From: an uncultured Acidobacteriota bacterium
Lineage (GTDB): Bacteria > Acidobacteriota > Vicinamibacteria > Vicinamibacterales > Fen-181
Assembly (NCBI GenBank): GCA_963783255.1
Contig: CAWAMP010000011.1
Span: forward strand, 345,180-409,179
Direction: 5' to 3'
Length of the DNA stretch: 64,000 nt
Below the pieces are notes generated by a model, which saw only the letters and a program-made list of their open reading frames with translations, did not search any database and was not told where the DNA came from. The position numbers and the translations under genes are program-made. This document shows positions 41,115 to 50,829 of this stretch, in pieces. Position 1 is the first letter of the stretch, and the number at the start of each line of letters is the position of its first letter.

Positions 41115-42647
41115 ATGAACGCGAAAGCCAGAATCGTCGCACTGCTCATCTCGGTCTCGATCGCCACGGCCTACGCCGCCGACTGGCCGCAGTACTACGG
41201 GCCTCGAAGAGACAGCACATCGACGGAGAAGGGTCTCCTGCGGACGTGGCCCAAGGAGGGACCGAAGGTCCTGTGGACGGCTCCTTTGGGACGGGGCTTC
41301 GCCGGGCCGGCCATCAGCCGCGGCAGAGTGTACCTGCTCGACAGGGACGACAAGGTCGGGGACGTCCTGAGAGTCTACGACTTCGCCACCGGCAAGGAGC
41401 TGTGGAGCTTCGCCTACGACGCGCCCGGCACCTTCGAGTTCCCAGGCTCGCGCTCGACGCCCACGGTGGATGGCAACATCGTCTACATCGCGGGTCCGCT
41501 CGGCGACCTGCAGGCGATCGACATCAACACGCACAAGCCGCTGTGGCGGAAGAGCATCTGGAAGGACTTCGGGGGCGGCGGCGCGTTCATCGCGTTCGGG
41601 CAGCGCGGGGGCGGCATGCAGGGGCCGCCGCGCGGGGCTCCGGCGGGTGCGCCACCGGCGGGACAGGCGGGTGCGCCGCCAGCGGGGCAGGCGGCTCCGC
41701 CGCCGGCACAGGCCGGCCCTCCCACCGCGCCCCCGGGTGCCCAGGGCGGAGCGCCTCCGGGGGCACCCGGCGGGCAGCGCGCCATGCCAGCTTCACCTTT
41801 TGGCCCGGATGGTTTCGCCGGAGGCTCCACGACGTTTCCCCTGTGGGGCATCACCCAGAACCCTCTCGTCTACCGCAGCCTGGTGATCGTGGGCCCGCAG
41901 GCGCCCGAGGCGGGCGTGGTCGCTTACGACAAGCTCACGGGGGACCTGAAGTGGAAGACGGCCTCGCTCGGCGGCACCGGCTTCGTCAGCCCGTCCATCG
42001 TGAAGGTTGGTGGTGAGGACCACCTGGTGATGGTGGCAGCCGCACGGGGCCTCGGCCGTAACGCCACTGGCGGCAGCGTCAACGGGATCGACCCGCTCAC
42101 CGGCAAGGTGCTGTGGACCTACCTCAACTTCCAGTGCAGCATCCCGGTGGCCCACGCCGTCGATGCGGGTGAGGGGCGCGTGCTCGTGACCGGCGGCTAT
42201 CGCGCCGGATCGGCCATGATCAGGATCCAGAAGAAGGCCGACGGCACGTACGACGTGGCGGAGTTGTTCAAGAACCCCGACTTCGGCTCGCATACGCAGC
42301 CGCCGATCCTGTACAAGGACCACTTCTACGTGCAGTACACAACCAACGAGCGCAGCGACGGCATGGTCTGCATGACGATGGATGGCCAGGTGAAGTGGAA
42401 GACGGGCGAGGAGCCGGCGTTCAACAAGGGAGGCGCGGTGCTCGCCGACGGGCTGCTGCTGGTGACCGATGGCAACACGAAGCTGTATTTGATCGAACCC
42501 GACCCGGCGGCCTTCAAGCCGCTGGCCAGTGCGGAGGTGCTCGAGGCGGCCAACAACTGGGCGCCCGTCGCGCTCGTCGACGGGAAGCTCCTGATCCGCG
42601 ATCAGAAGCAGCTGAAGGTCCTGCAGGTCGCGCAGGGCGCCCGATAG
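41115..42647 (+). CDS. PQQ-like beta-propeller repeat protein (BamB/PF13360-like), secreted
   Basis: ADWPQYYGPRRDSTSTEKGLLRTWPKEGPKVLW..GFAGPAISRGRVYLLD. It has repeated propeller blades, an 85-aa Gly/Ala/Pro insertion, and an RBS gaggag. Confidence 0.7.
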   Translation: MNAKARIVALLISVSIATAYAADWPQYYGPRRDSTSTEKGLLRTWPKEGPKVLWTAPLGRGFAGPAISRGRVYLLDRDDKVGDVLRVYDFATGKELWSFAYDAPGTFEFPGSRSTPTVDGNIVYIAGPLGDLQAIDINTHKPLWRKSIWKDFGGGGAFIAFGQRGGGMQGPPRGAPAGAPPAGQAGAPPAGQAAPPPAQAGPPTAPPGAQGGAPPGAPGGQRAMPASPFGPDGFAGGSTTFPLWGITQNPLVYRSLVIVGPQAPEAGVVAYDKLTGDLKWKTASLGGTGFVSPSIVKVGGEDHLVMVAAARGLGRNATGGSVNGIDPLTGKVLWTYLNFQCSIPVAHAVDAGEGRVLVTGGYRAGSAMIRIQKKADGTYDVAELFKNPDFGSHTQPPILYKDHFYVQYTTNERSDGMVCMTMDGQVKWKTGEEPAFNKGGAVLADGLLLVTDGNTKLYLIEPDPAAFKPLASAEVLEAANNWAPVALVDGKLLIRDQKQLKVLQVAQGAR

Positions 42648-42744
42648 GTCCTGCCTTTCACCGAGGCGGCACCCGGCACCCGGCCTCCGGAATGCGGAGG
42701 CACGTCTGTCGGTGCCGCCGTCCGTCCACGAAAGGAGACGACAC

Positions 42745-43863
42745 GTGGAGCGTCAGCGAACCTCGGCGCGGTGCCACTTCACGACTCTTGCCGGTGCCGC
42801 CCTTGCGGTCGTGCTCGGCATGGCCGGCGACGTGACGGCGCAGGCACTCAAGGACGTCCAGACCTCTGGCACGCCCCTGGTGCTGAAGGCGCAAGGCAGC
42901 TTCTTCGTCGGCGGCGAGAAGGCCGAGCAGACGCAGGTGGAGTTGGGCGGCCTCGGTCCGGGGGGCCATATTGCCGTCAACCAGATGTACGTGCGCTACA
43001 TGGTGCCGCAGGGCGCCGACGGCAACGTTCCGGTGGTGATGGTCCACGGCGCCACTCTGACCGGCAAGTCGTGGGAGACCACGCCGGACGGCCGGATGGG
43101 CTGGGACGAATACTTCGTGCGCAAGGGGCATCCGGTGTACGTCCCCGACCAGGTGGGGCGCGGGCGATCGGGATTCAACCAGGCCGTCTTCAACAACGCG
43201 CGCGCGGGTACGACGCCAGCGGGCACGCTCCCAGTGTTCCTGCGATTCAGCGACGAGAGCGTCTGGCCGAACTTCCGCTTCGGGTCGAAGCCCGGCGCCC
43301 CGTTCCCAGACAGTCAGTTTCCGGTGAACGCCGTCGACGAACTCGCGAAGCAGGGTGTGCCGGACGTCAGTTTTGGCGGCGGCGTGCCCACGCCCAACCC
43401 GACGCTCAAGGCGTTGGCCGACCTCGCCGGCCAGGTCAGCGGCGCGGTGTTGATGGGGCACTCGCAGTCCGGGTCGTTTCCTCTCGAAGCGGCGCTGCTC
43501 AATCCCGCGGCGGCGAAGGGCCTCGTGCTCGTCGAACCGGGCCGCTGTCCGGACACGTACACCGAGCAGCAGGTCAAGACGCTGGCGACGGTACCCATCC
43601 TGATCGTATTCGGCGATCACCGCGACACCCCGACGGGCATTCCGACGCTGCCGACCTGGCAGGGCCGTTTCGAGGCGTGCCAGGCCATGATCGGCCGTCT
43701 CACCAAAGCCGGCGGTCAGGCCGAGATGCTCGCCCCGCCAGATCGCGGCATCCGTGGCAACAGCCACATGATCATGCAGGACAAGAACAGCCTGCAGATT
43801 GCCGACCTGATCCTGCAGTGGATCGATGCGCGCGTCAGCAAGCGACGGGGTGGAAACAAGTGA
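42745..43863 (+). CDS. Alpha/beta-fold hydrolase, secreted
   Basis: Start placed at GTG 42745 (RBS aaggag 7 nt upstream). Contains VVMVHGATLTGKSW and the nucleophile elbow LMGHSQSG. Confidence 0.65.
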   Translation: MERQRTSARCHFTTLAGAALAVVLGMAGDVTAQALKDVQTSGTPLVLKAQGSFFVGGEKAEQTQVELGGLGPGGHIAVNQMYVRYMVPQGADGNVPVVMVHGATLTGKSWETTPDGRMGWDEYFVRKGHPVYVPDQVGRGRSGFNQAVFNNARAGTTPAGTLPVFLRFSDESVWPNFRFGSKPGAPFPDSQFPVNAVDELAKQGVPDVSFGGGVPTPNPTLKALADLAGQVSGAVLMGHSQSGSFPLEAALLNPAAAKGLVLVEPGRCPDTYTEQQVKTLATVPILIVFGDHRDTPTGIPTLPTWQGRFEACQAMIGRLTKAGGQAEMLAPPDRGIRGNSHMIMQDKNSLQIADLILQWIDARVSKRRGGNK

Positions 43864-43891
43864 CCGCCTGGTGCGCGCGCGAGAGGCATCC

Positions 43892-45133
43892 ATGAAGAAG
43901 CGCGCCCTCCTCGGAATGCTCACGACGATGGTGCTGCTTGCCCCCGCGTCGGCGAAGGCTCAGACGTTAGTCATCACGCAAGACGGTTCGCGCCCCGTCC
44001 AGCCAGCGCCGACGGCGAATTTCACGGGTGGTGCTCGTGTCGAGATGCTGTTCGAGGCGCTCGACCCCTCGGACGCCAGCGGTGGGTCCGTCACGTTCGA
44101 GCCCGGTGCCCGGACGGCGTGGCACTCGCATCCCAGAGGGCAGATCCTGATCGTCACGGCCGGTACGGGTCGCGTCCAGTCGTGGAGTAGCCCCCTCCAG
44201 GAGATCCGAGCTGGGGACGTCGTCAGGATCCCCGCCGGCCGGAAGCACTGGCACGGGGCGTCGCCGCAGTCGGCCATGACACATCTCGCGATCACCGAGC
44301 ACCGCGACGGCTCACGAGTGCAGTGGATGGAACCGGTGAGCGACGAGCAATACAACGGCGCACCCGGCGGGGAACGACGCGCAGACGCGATGGCGTCCGC
44401 CCAGCGCCCATCCGAACAGGCGTCCCAGTCATCGAGCCCGCAGCCGGGCCTCGCCCGCCCGTCGGGACCGCTTCAACAGAGGCTCGCGCCAGGTCTGGCG
44501 GCGCTCACCGACGACGTGCTGTACGGCGACGTATGGAGGCGGCCCGAGTTGTCGCCGCGCGACCGTAGCCTGGTGACCGTCTCCATCTTGATCGCGACGG
44601 GCAGGCCGGCCCAAGTGGCCGGCCACCTGGGCCGCGCGCTCGATAACGGTGTGCAGCCAAGTGAGGCCTCCGGCCTGCTGGCGCACCTGGCAATCTACTG
44701 CGGCTGGCCGAGCGCCGTCTCGGCGCTCGAGGCCTACGACCAGGTGTACACCGCGCGGAAGGTCGACACCGCGGCACTGCGCGCCCTGGGTCCGCGCCTT
44801 CCAGTTCCCGCCTCGGACGCCGCACGGGCCAGGGCGGTGAACGATGAGCTGGGCGCGGTCGCGCCGAAATTCGCGCAGCTCACCAACGACGTGGTGTTCG
44901 ACGACCTCTGGCGGCGGTCCGATCTCACGCTGCGAGATCGGAGCCTGGTCACCATCGTCGCACTCGCGGCCTTGGGTGACGACGACCAGCTCGAGTTCTA
45001 CCTGCGCCGGGGGATCGAGTGCGGGCTCACGCGCGCCCAGATCGCCGAGGCCTTGACCCATTTGGGCTTCTACGCCGGCTGGAGCAGGGCGACCAAGGCG
45101 ATGACCGAGGTCGCGAGGACGCTCGGGCGGTAG
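43892..45133 (+). CDS. Cupin domain fused to two carboxymuconolactone decarboxylase (CMD/AhpD-like) domains, secreted
   Basis: ORF trimmed to the ATG at 43892. Cupin motif: GARTAWHSHPRGQILIVTAGTG..PAGRKHWHGA. Two repeats follow with L.DRSLVT(V/I)..LAA/IATG ... GL..A(Q)I.E.L.HL..Y.GWP/S. Confidence 0.65.
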   Translation: MKKRALLGMLTTMVLLAPASAKAQTLVITQDGSRPVQPAPTANFTGGARVEMLFEALDPSDASGGSVTFEPGARTAWHSHPRGQILIVTAGTGRVQSWSSPLQEIRAGDVVRIPAGRKHWHGASPQSAMTHLAITEHRDGSRVQWMEPVSDEQYNGAPGGERRADAMASAQRPSEQASQSSSPQPGLARPSGPLQQRLAPGLAALTDDVLYGDVWRRPELSPRDRSLVTVSILIATGRPAQVAGHLGRALDNGVQPSEASGLLAHLAIYCGWPSAVSALEAYDQVYTARKVDTAALRALGPRLPVPASDAARARAVNDELGAVAPKFAQLTNDVVFDDLWRRSDLTLRDRSLVTIVALAALGDDDQLEFYLRRGIECGLTRAQIAEALTHLGFYAGWSRATKAMTEVARTLGR

Positions 45134-45437
45134 CGACCGCGCCTGGAGGGTGGCGCAGGCGATCCCTCCCCTGGCGAAGAACCGCTGCACGGTTCGACCG
45201 TGCTCACCGCGTCCTGAGCGTGTCGAAGGACGCCGGCTCACCGTCCCTTCGTCGGTCTTGCGGTTGGGGCCCACGCCGGGCCTGTCGCCCACATCCCCAA
45301 CCGCGCCATTGTTGGCCGGCTGGCGGTTCTCGGGACCCTGCCGATTGTTGAATGTCCACGGCTCGCTTGGCGCCCCCCTCCAGACACGGCCGGACATCAA
45401 GCGCGAAACCTGGGGTGGGCAGAGTGTCCGCCGGGCG

Positions 45438-45466
45438 TTGACGCTGCCGCCACGACCAAAGATAAT
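45438..45466 (+). promoter_or_regulatory. Sigma-70-type promoter TTGACG-N17-GATAAT driving a leaderless or near-leaderless GlcD-like mRNA
   Basis: -35 TTGACG at 45438-45443, an exact 17-nt spacer, and -10 GATAAT at 45461-45466. The GTG start at 45476 is only 9 nt downstream and has no SD. Confidence 0.55.
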
Positions 45467-45475
45467 CGCCCCATC

Positions 45476-46885
45476 GTGGATACACCCTTCTACCGCGAAG
45501 TGGACGCGGCCATCGTCGGCGAGCTTCGGAACATCGTCGGCGACGCCAGAGTGCTCGTCGACGGCGACATGGTGGAGGCGTACTCCCACGACGAGGTGGT
45601 GGGCCTCCAGGGCCGGCCGGAAGCCGTGGTCCGCGTCGCCAGCGCGGACGAGGTGTCCGCGGTCTTCAAGCTGGCCCAGCGGGAACGCATCCCGGTGACG
45701 CCACGCGGCGCCGGCTACGGGCTGAGCGGCGGGGCCGTCCCCGTCCTCGGCGGCATCGTGCTGTCGCTCGAGAAGATGAACCGGATCCTCGAGATCGACA
45801 AGGCCAACCTGATGGTGACCGTCGAGCCCGGAGTCATCACCGCCGCCATCCACAGCGCCGTGGAGGCGGAAGGGCTCTTCTATCCCCCGGACCCGGCCAG
45901 CCTCGACTCCTGCACGATCGGAGGGAACGTGGCGGAAGGGGCGGGCGGTCCGCGCGCCGTGAAATACGGCGTGACGAAGGATTACGTCTGCGGCCTCGAG
46001 GCCGTCCTGCCGTCGGGCGAGATCATCCAGGCGGGCGGGAAACTCGTGAAGAACGTGACCGGCTACAACCTCATCCAGCTGATCGTGGGCTCGGAGGGCA
46101 CGCTGGCCGTCGTGACGAAGATCATCCTGCGCCTGATCCCCCTGCCGAAGGTGCAGGTCGACCTGCTCGTGCCGTTCGACAGGTTCCTCGACGCCGCCGA
46201 CACCGTTTCGGACATCATCGCGCACCGCATCCTGCCGACGGCCATCGAGTTCATGGAGCGGGACAGCATCCTGGCGGTGGAGCGCCTGCTGGGGAGGGAC
46301 GTGCCCTTCCACGACGCCGAGGCCCACCTGCTCATCCAGCTCGACGGCAACACCCTGGAGGCCGTCGACGCGGATTGCCAGGTTGTGGGCGAGCTGTGCC
46401 TGGAGCACGGGGCGCAGGACGCGCTGGTGGCCCGGGACCGGCCCACGCGCGGTCGCCTCTGGGAGGCACGGCGCAAGATCATCGAATCCCTCAGGCGCGA
46501 GAGCCCAATCAGTCACATGGAGGACGTGGTGGTGCCCCGCGCCGCCATTCCCGCCCTGCTCGGCGGCATCAAGGACATCGCCCGCCGGCACGCCGTGCGG
46601 ATCGTCAGCTTCGGACACGCGGGCGACGGGAACGTGCACGTCAACGTCCTGAAGGACGACCTGCCCGATCTCCGATGGGCGGAGGTCGTCCCGCCCGTGC
46701 AGATGGAGATCTACCGGCTGGCGCTCGCGCTTGGCGGAACGCTCACCGGCGAGCACGGCATCGGTGCCACGCGACGCTCCTACCTGCCGATGGCTCTGGA
46801 CCGGTTTCAGATGCAGCTGCAGCGCGGGATCCGCGACGTGTTTGATCCAAACCGGATCCTCAACCCGGGCAAGATCTTCCCGTGA
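45476..46885 (+). CDS. FAD-linked oxidase, GlcD / D-lactate dehydrogenase family
   Basis: 469 aa. FAD_binding_4 pattern (VVRVASADEVSAVFKLAQRERIPVTPRGAGYGLSGG) and a C-terminal FAD-oxidase_C with GTLTGEHGIG. Confidence 0.85.
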   Translation: MDTPFYREVDAAIVGELRNIVGDARVLVDGDMVEAYSHDEVVGLQGRPEAVVRVASADEVSAVFKLAQRERIPVTPRGAGYGLSGGAVPVLGGIVLSLEKMNRILEIDKANLMVTVEPGVITAAIHSAVEAEGLFYPPDPASLDSCTIGGNVAEGAGGPRAVKYGVTKDYVCGLEAVLPSGEIIQAGGKLVKNVTGYNLIQLIVGSEGTLAVVTKIILRLIPLPKVQVDLLVPFDRFLDAADTVSDIIAHRILPTAIEFMERDSILAVERLLGRDVPFHDAEAHLLIQLDGNTLEAVDADCQVVGELCLEHGAQDALVARDRPTRGRLWEARRKIIESLRRESPISHMEDVVVPRAAIPALLGGIKDIARRHAVRIVSFGHAGDGNVHVNVLKDDLPDLRWAEVVPPVQMEIYRLALALGGTLTGEHGIGATRRSYLPMALDRFQMQLQRGIRDVFDPNRILNPGKIFP

Positions 46886-46943
46886 AGGGACAGGCCCGGA
46901 TTGGCCCGCCGGGCGGTGTTGACAACGAGACGGGCAGGCATAC

Positions 46944-48218
46944 ATGAAGCTCGCGCGCCGACGCTGGTGGTACCTGATGCCGGTCGTGTTCATCACGTAC
47001 AGCCTCGCGTATCTTGCGCGCGCCAACTACGGCTTTGCCGCCGCCGCCGGGATGGCCGCCGACCTGCACATCAGCAAGGAGCTGAACGCGCTGATCGGCT
47101 CGCTGTTCTTTCTCGGGTACTTCTCGTTCCAGATTCCCGGCGCGATCTACGCGCAGAACAGGAGCGTGCGCACCCTGGTGTTCTGGAGCCTGATCCTGTG
47201 GGGCAGCTGCGCCACACTGACCGGAATCGTCCGCGACGCCAGCTGGCTGCTCGCCATCCGATTCATCCTCGGCGTCGTCGAAGCCGCGGTGCTGCCGGCG
47301 ATGCTGATCCTGCTGGCCAACTGGTTCACGCGCGGCGAGCGCTCGCGCGCCAACACCTTCCTGATTCTCGGGAACCCCGTCACCATCCTGTGGATGTCGG
47401 TGATATCGGGCTACCTGGTTCAGGCGCTGAACTGGCGCTGGATGTTCATCATCGAGGGGATACCGGCGGTCATCTGGGCCGGACTCTGGTGGCGACTGGT
47501 GCGCGACCACCCGCGGCAGGCGCGCTGGCTGTCGGCGCAGGAGCGGGACGCCATCGAGGGCGCACTGGCGCAGGAACAGGCCGGCATGAAGCCGGTCAGG
47601 AATTACGCTGAAGCATTCAGATCGCCCAGGGTGCTGCTGCTGTGCGTGCAGTACTTCTGCTGGAGCATCGGTGTGTACGGCTTCGTGCTCTGGCTGCCGT
47701 CGATCCTCAAGGAAGGGTCGAACATCGGCATCGTCGAGGCCGGCTGGCTGTCCGCAGCACCTTACCTGCTGGCGGTCGTGTCGATGCTCGGCGTGTCGTG
47801 GTTTTCGGACAGACTGCTCACCCGCAAGGTATTCGTCTGGCCTTCGCTGCTCGTCGGCGCGCTGGCCTTCTCTGGTTCGTACCTGCTCGGTGCTTCGCAG
47901 TTCTGGCCGTCGTTCGCGCTGCTGGTCATTGCCGGCGGCGCCATGTACGCGCCCTACGGACCGTTCTTTGCCCTGATCAATGAGATACTGCCGAAGAACG
48001 TCGCCGGCGGCGCGACGGCGCTGATCAACAGCATGGGTGCCCTCGGCTCCTTCGTCGGCTCTTACGTGGCCGGTTATCTGAATGCCGCCACGGGCAGCCC
48101 CAGTGCGTCGTACGTACTGATGGCGGGCGCGCTGGTGGTTGCCGTCATCATGACCCTGCTCGTGCGACCCGAATCGCCCGCGCTGACACCCGAAGGCCGA
48201 CGGCTCGCCACGACGTAG
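46944..48218 (+). CDS. MFS transporter, anion:cation symporter (ACS)-like
   Basis: 424 aa, about 12 TM segments. The N-terminus is LAYLARANYGFAAAAGMAADLHIS...GSLFFLGYFSFQIPG. Confidence 0.8.
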   Translation: MKLARRRWWYLMPVVFITYSLAYLARANYGFAAAAGMAADLHISKELNALIGSLFFLGYFSFQIPGAIYAQNRSVRTLVFWSLILWGSCATLTGIVRDASWLLAIRFILGVVEAAVLPAMLILLANWFTRGERSRANTFLILGNPVTILWMSVISGYLVQALNWRWMFIIEGIPAVIWAGLWWRLVRDHPRQARWLSAQERDAIEGALAQEQAGMKPVRNYAEAFRSPRVLLLCVQYFCWSIGVYGFVLWLPSILKEGSNIGIVEAGWLSAAPYLLAVVSMLGVSWFSDRLLTRKVFVWPSLLVGALAFSGSYLLGASQFWPSFALLVIAGGAMYAPYGPFFALINEILPKNVAGGATALINSMGALGSFVGSYVAGYLNAATGSPSASYVLMAGALVVAVIMTLLVRPESPALTPEGRRLATT

Positions 48219-48251
48219 TGGCAATGCACGGAGCCAGCGGAGGCATCTCCC

Positions 48252-49238
48252 ATGAAGAAGGTCGTCGTCTACAACGAAATCCCGGATCCGCTCCTCAGCG
48301 GTCTGCGGGAGCGCTTCGAAGTCACCTACTTCAAGCGCATCGATGCCGGAGACGAGGCGGCGTTCACCGCCGCCGTGCATGGCGCCCACGGCATGCTCGG
48401 CGCGAATGTGACGGTCACGCGGGCGCTGCTGGAGCCCGCACGTCTGCTGGAGGCGATCTCGACCATTTCGGTGGGGTACGACAATTTCGACGTTGAGTAC
48501 CTGACCGAGCGCGGCATCGTTCTCTCGCACACGCCGGATGTACTGACCGAAACGACTGCCGACACCATCTTCGCGCTCATGCTGGCAAGCGCACGACGCG
48601 TGGTCGAGCTGGCGGAATTCGTCAGGATCGGCGGGTGGCAGCGCGGTTTCACCAGCGCCCAGTACGGCGTGGACGTGCATTCGAAGACACTCGGCATCCT
48701 CGGCATGGGGCGCATCGGCCAGGCGGTCACGCGCCGCGCGCGGCTCGGATTCGGCATGAAGGTCCTGTACTACGACCGCGGTCGGGTGCCTGCGGCAGAA
48801 GCGGCATTCGACGCCCGCCGGCTGCCGCTCGACGAGCTGCTTGCGCAGTCCGATTTCGTCTGCGTTGTGCTGCCGCTGACCCCCGAGACCGAGAGGCTGA
48901 TCGGCGCGCGCGAGTTCGCGCTGATGAAACGCAGCGCCGTCTTCGTCAACGGCGCGCGGGGCCGCATCGTCGACGAGGCGGCGTTGATCGAGGCGCTGCG
49001 AAGCGGGGTCATTCACGCGGCAGGCCTGGATGTATTCGAGCGCGAACCTCTGCCGCCGGACTCACCCCTGCTCACGATGAAGAACGTCGTCGCGCTGCCC
49101 CACATCGGCTCGGCCACGCACGAGACGAGATTCGCCATGAGCCGGCTCGCGGTGGACAACCTCGTCGCCGCGCTCGATGGCAGGCCTCAGAACGTCGTCA
49201 ACCGTGGGGCCGTCGCGGCGGGCACCGCCACCACCTAG
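48252..49238 (+). CDS. D-isomer-specific 2-hydroxyacid dehydrogenase (glyoxylate/hydroxypyruvate/2-ketogluconate reductase type)
   Basis: 328 aa. GILGMGRIGQAV (NAD fold); VNGARG; PHIGSAT. RBS ggagg. Confidence 0.85.
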   Translation: MKKVVVYNEIPDPLLSGLRERFEVTYFKRIDAGDEAAFTAAVHGAHGMLGANVTVTRALLEPARLLEAISTISVGYDNFDVEYLTERGIVLSHTPDVLTETTADTIFALMLASARRVVELAEFVRIGGWQRGFTSAQYGVDVHSKTLGILGMGRIGQAVTRRARLGFGMKVLYYDRGRVPAAEAAFDARRLPLDELLAQSDFVCVVLPLTPETERLIGAREFALMKRSAVFVNGARGRIVDEAALIEALRSGVIHAAGLDVFEREPLPPDSPLLTMKNVVALPHIGSATHETRFAMSRLAVDNLVAALDGRPQNVVNRGAVAAGTATT

Positions 49239-49281
49239 GCGGGAGTCATCCGCATCGGCGCCCAACGACAGCGACCGCTGT

Positions 49282-50785
49282 TCAGCGCGTCAGCTTCAAG
49301 ACCCACATCGGCATGCCGCGCAGCGCCTCCGTGAGCTCGGGGAGCTCGACCTCGATTGCGCCGCCCGGCTGAGAAGACCCGCTTCCGGCCGGCCGGTTCG
49401 TGAAGCGCAGAGTACCGGGGGCACCGAGCAGGGAGATCGTCCGGGGCGACGGCCCCGCCGCGCCCTTCCAGAGAAAGCGTCGGCCCGGCCACCGCGGCAG
49501 GATGGCGTAGACCGCGTCTCCCTTCCTGGTGAAGAACGCCTCGATGGCCGCGTTCCCGCCGGACGGCTCCCCGACGAGCTTCGACAAATCGTAGGCCGCG
49601 TCGTACTCCTTGTTGAAGTCGATCGACGGGACGCGGCCTTCGCTCCACTGCTTGGACACCGTGAACGGCCGGGTGCCATAGATCGCCTCGCCGTTGACCG
49701 CCAGCCACGCCCCGATCTCGGCCAGCCGCTGCTCCATGATGACCGGGATCGTCCCGTCGGCGGCGGGCCCGATATCGAGCAGCAGGTTGCCGCCGCGGCT
49801 CACGATGTCGACGAGCGTCGTCACCAGCTCGCGTCCGGTCCGGTAATGGTCGAGGCGCTCGGCGCGGTTGTAGCCGTACCGAGTAGCCCATCCCGCGGCT
49901 CTCTTCCCATGCGTGGGTCGCCTCGGCCATCCCCGGTGTGTACTCCGTGGTCCAGTACCCGCCGTGCTTGTGTCGGGTGTCCTTCCCCCACCGGTCGTTG
50001 ACGACCACCTCGTCCTTCACGGCCGACTCGTTGAAGAGCCACGCGAGCAGCTCCGGAGTCCGCCATTCCGACGAGGTCAAATCCCACTCGCCGTCCGAGA
50101 AGATGATGGACGGTTCGTAGCGCGTGACCACGTCCTTGAACTGAGGAATCATGTGCTCGCGGACGTAACGCGGCTTGTCGGCAACCCAGAGCGGGTTGTA
50201 CCACTCGTAGAGCGAGTAGTAGAATCCGAATCGCAGGCCGGCTGCCCGCACCGACTTCGCCAGCTCGCCCAGGAGATCCCGCCGGGGACCGATCTCCGCG
50301 GCATTCCACGGGCGTCCCCACGTGGCCGATGCCTCCCGGCTCGGCCAGAGCGCGAAGCCCTCGTGGTGCTTCGACGTGGGCACGACGTACCTCGCGCCCG
50401 ATCGCGCGAAGACCGCCGCCCAGTGCGCGGCGTCGAACAGCTCGGCGCGGAACTGCGGCGCAAAGTCCTTGTAGTCGAACTCGGGGCCGTACTGCCGGCG
50501 GTGGAAGGCCCACGTGCCGGCCTGGACAGGGTCAGGCTTCTCGCCCTTGCCGCGCGTCATCGCGTTCCAGTACCACTCGGCATAGGCGAGCCTGCCGGGG
50601 ATCACCGGCGCGTAGGCGGGGACGGAGTAGACACCCCAGTGGATGAAGATGCCGAACTTGGCATCCTGGAACCAGGAGGGCGTCGGCCGCGCGTCGAGCG
50701 AGTCCCACGACGCCTGGAACCGCTGCGGCGCCGGCGCAGCGGCCAGGCACGTCGCGGCGACGATGACGGTCAACGCCCGCTTCAT
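49282..50785 (-). pseudogene. GH29 alpha-L-fucosidase; +1 frame break at 49879 as assembled
   Basis: MKRALTVIVAATCLAA signal with RBS gggagg. Contains FGIFIHWGVYSVPAY and KHHEGFALWPS. Frame 1 ends its homology at ESRGMGYS. The +1 frame continues YGYNRAERLDHYRTGRELVTTLVDIVSRGGNLLLDIGPAADGTIP and on to the stop at 49282. Confidence 0.8.
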
Positions 50786-50829
50786 GACACCTCCCGAGAC
50801 GGCAGCCGCCGAAGCTGCCCGTGCGCGGG

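Noticed and set aside
41115-42647. PQQ-dependent alcohol dehydrogenase that, with GlcD and the 2-hydroxyacid dehydrogenase, would form an ethylene glycol/glycolate (polyester) pathway.
   Set aside because: The protein looks like the non-catalytic PQQ-like/BamB-type propeller (about 510 aa including an 85-aa disordered insert). I could not see the quinoprotein dehydrogenase hallmarks, so the pathway idea is too speculative to report as such.
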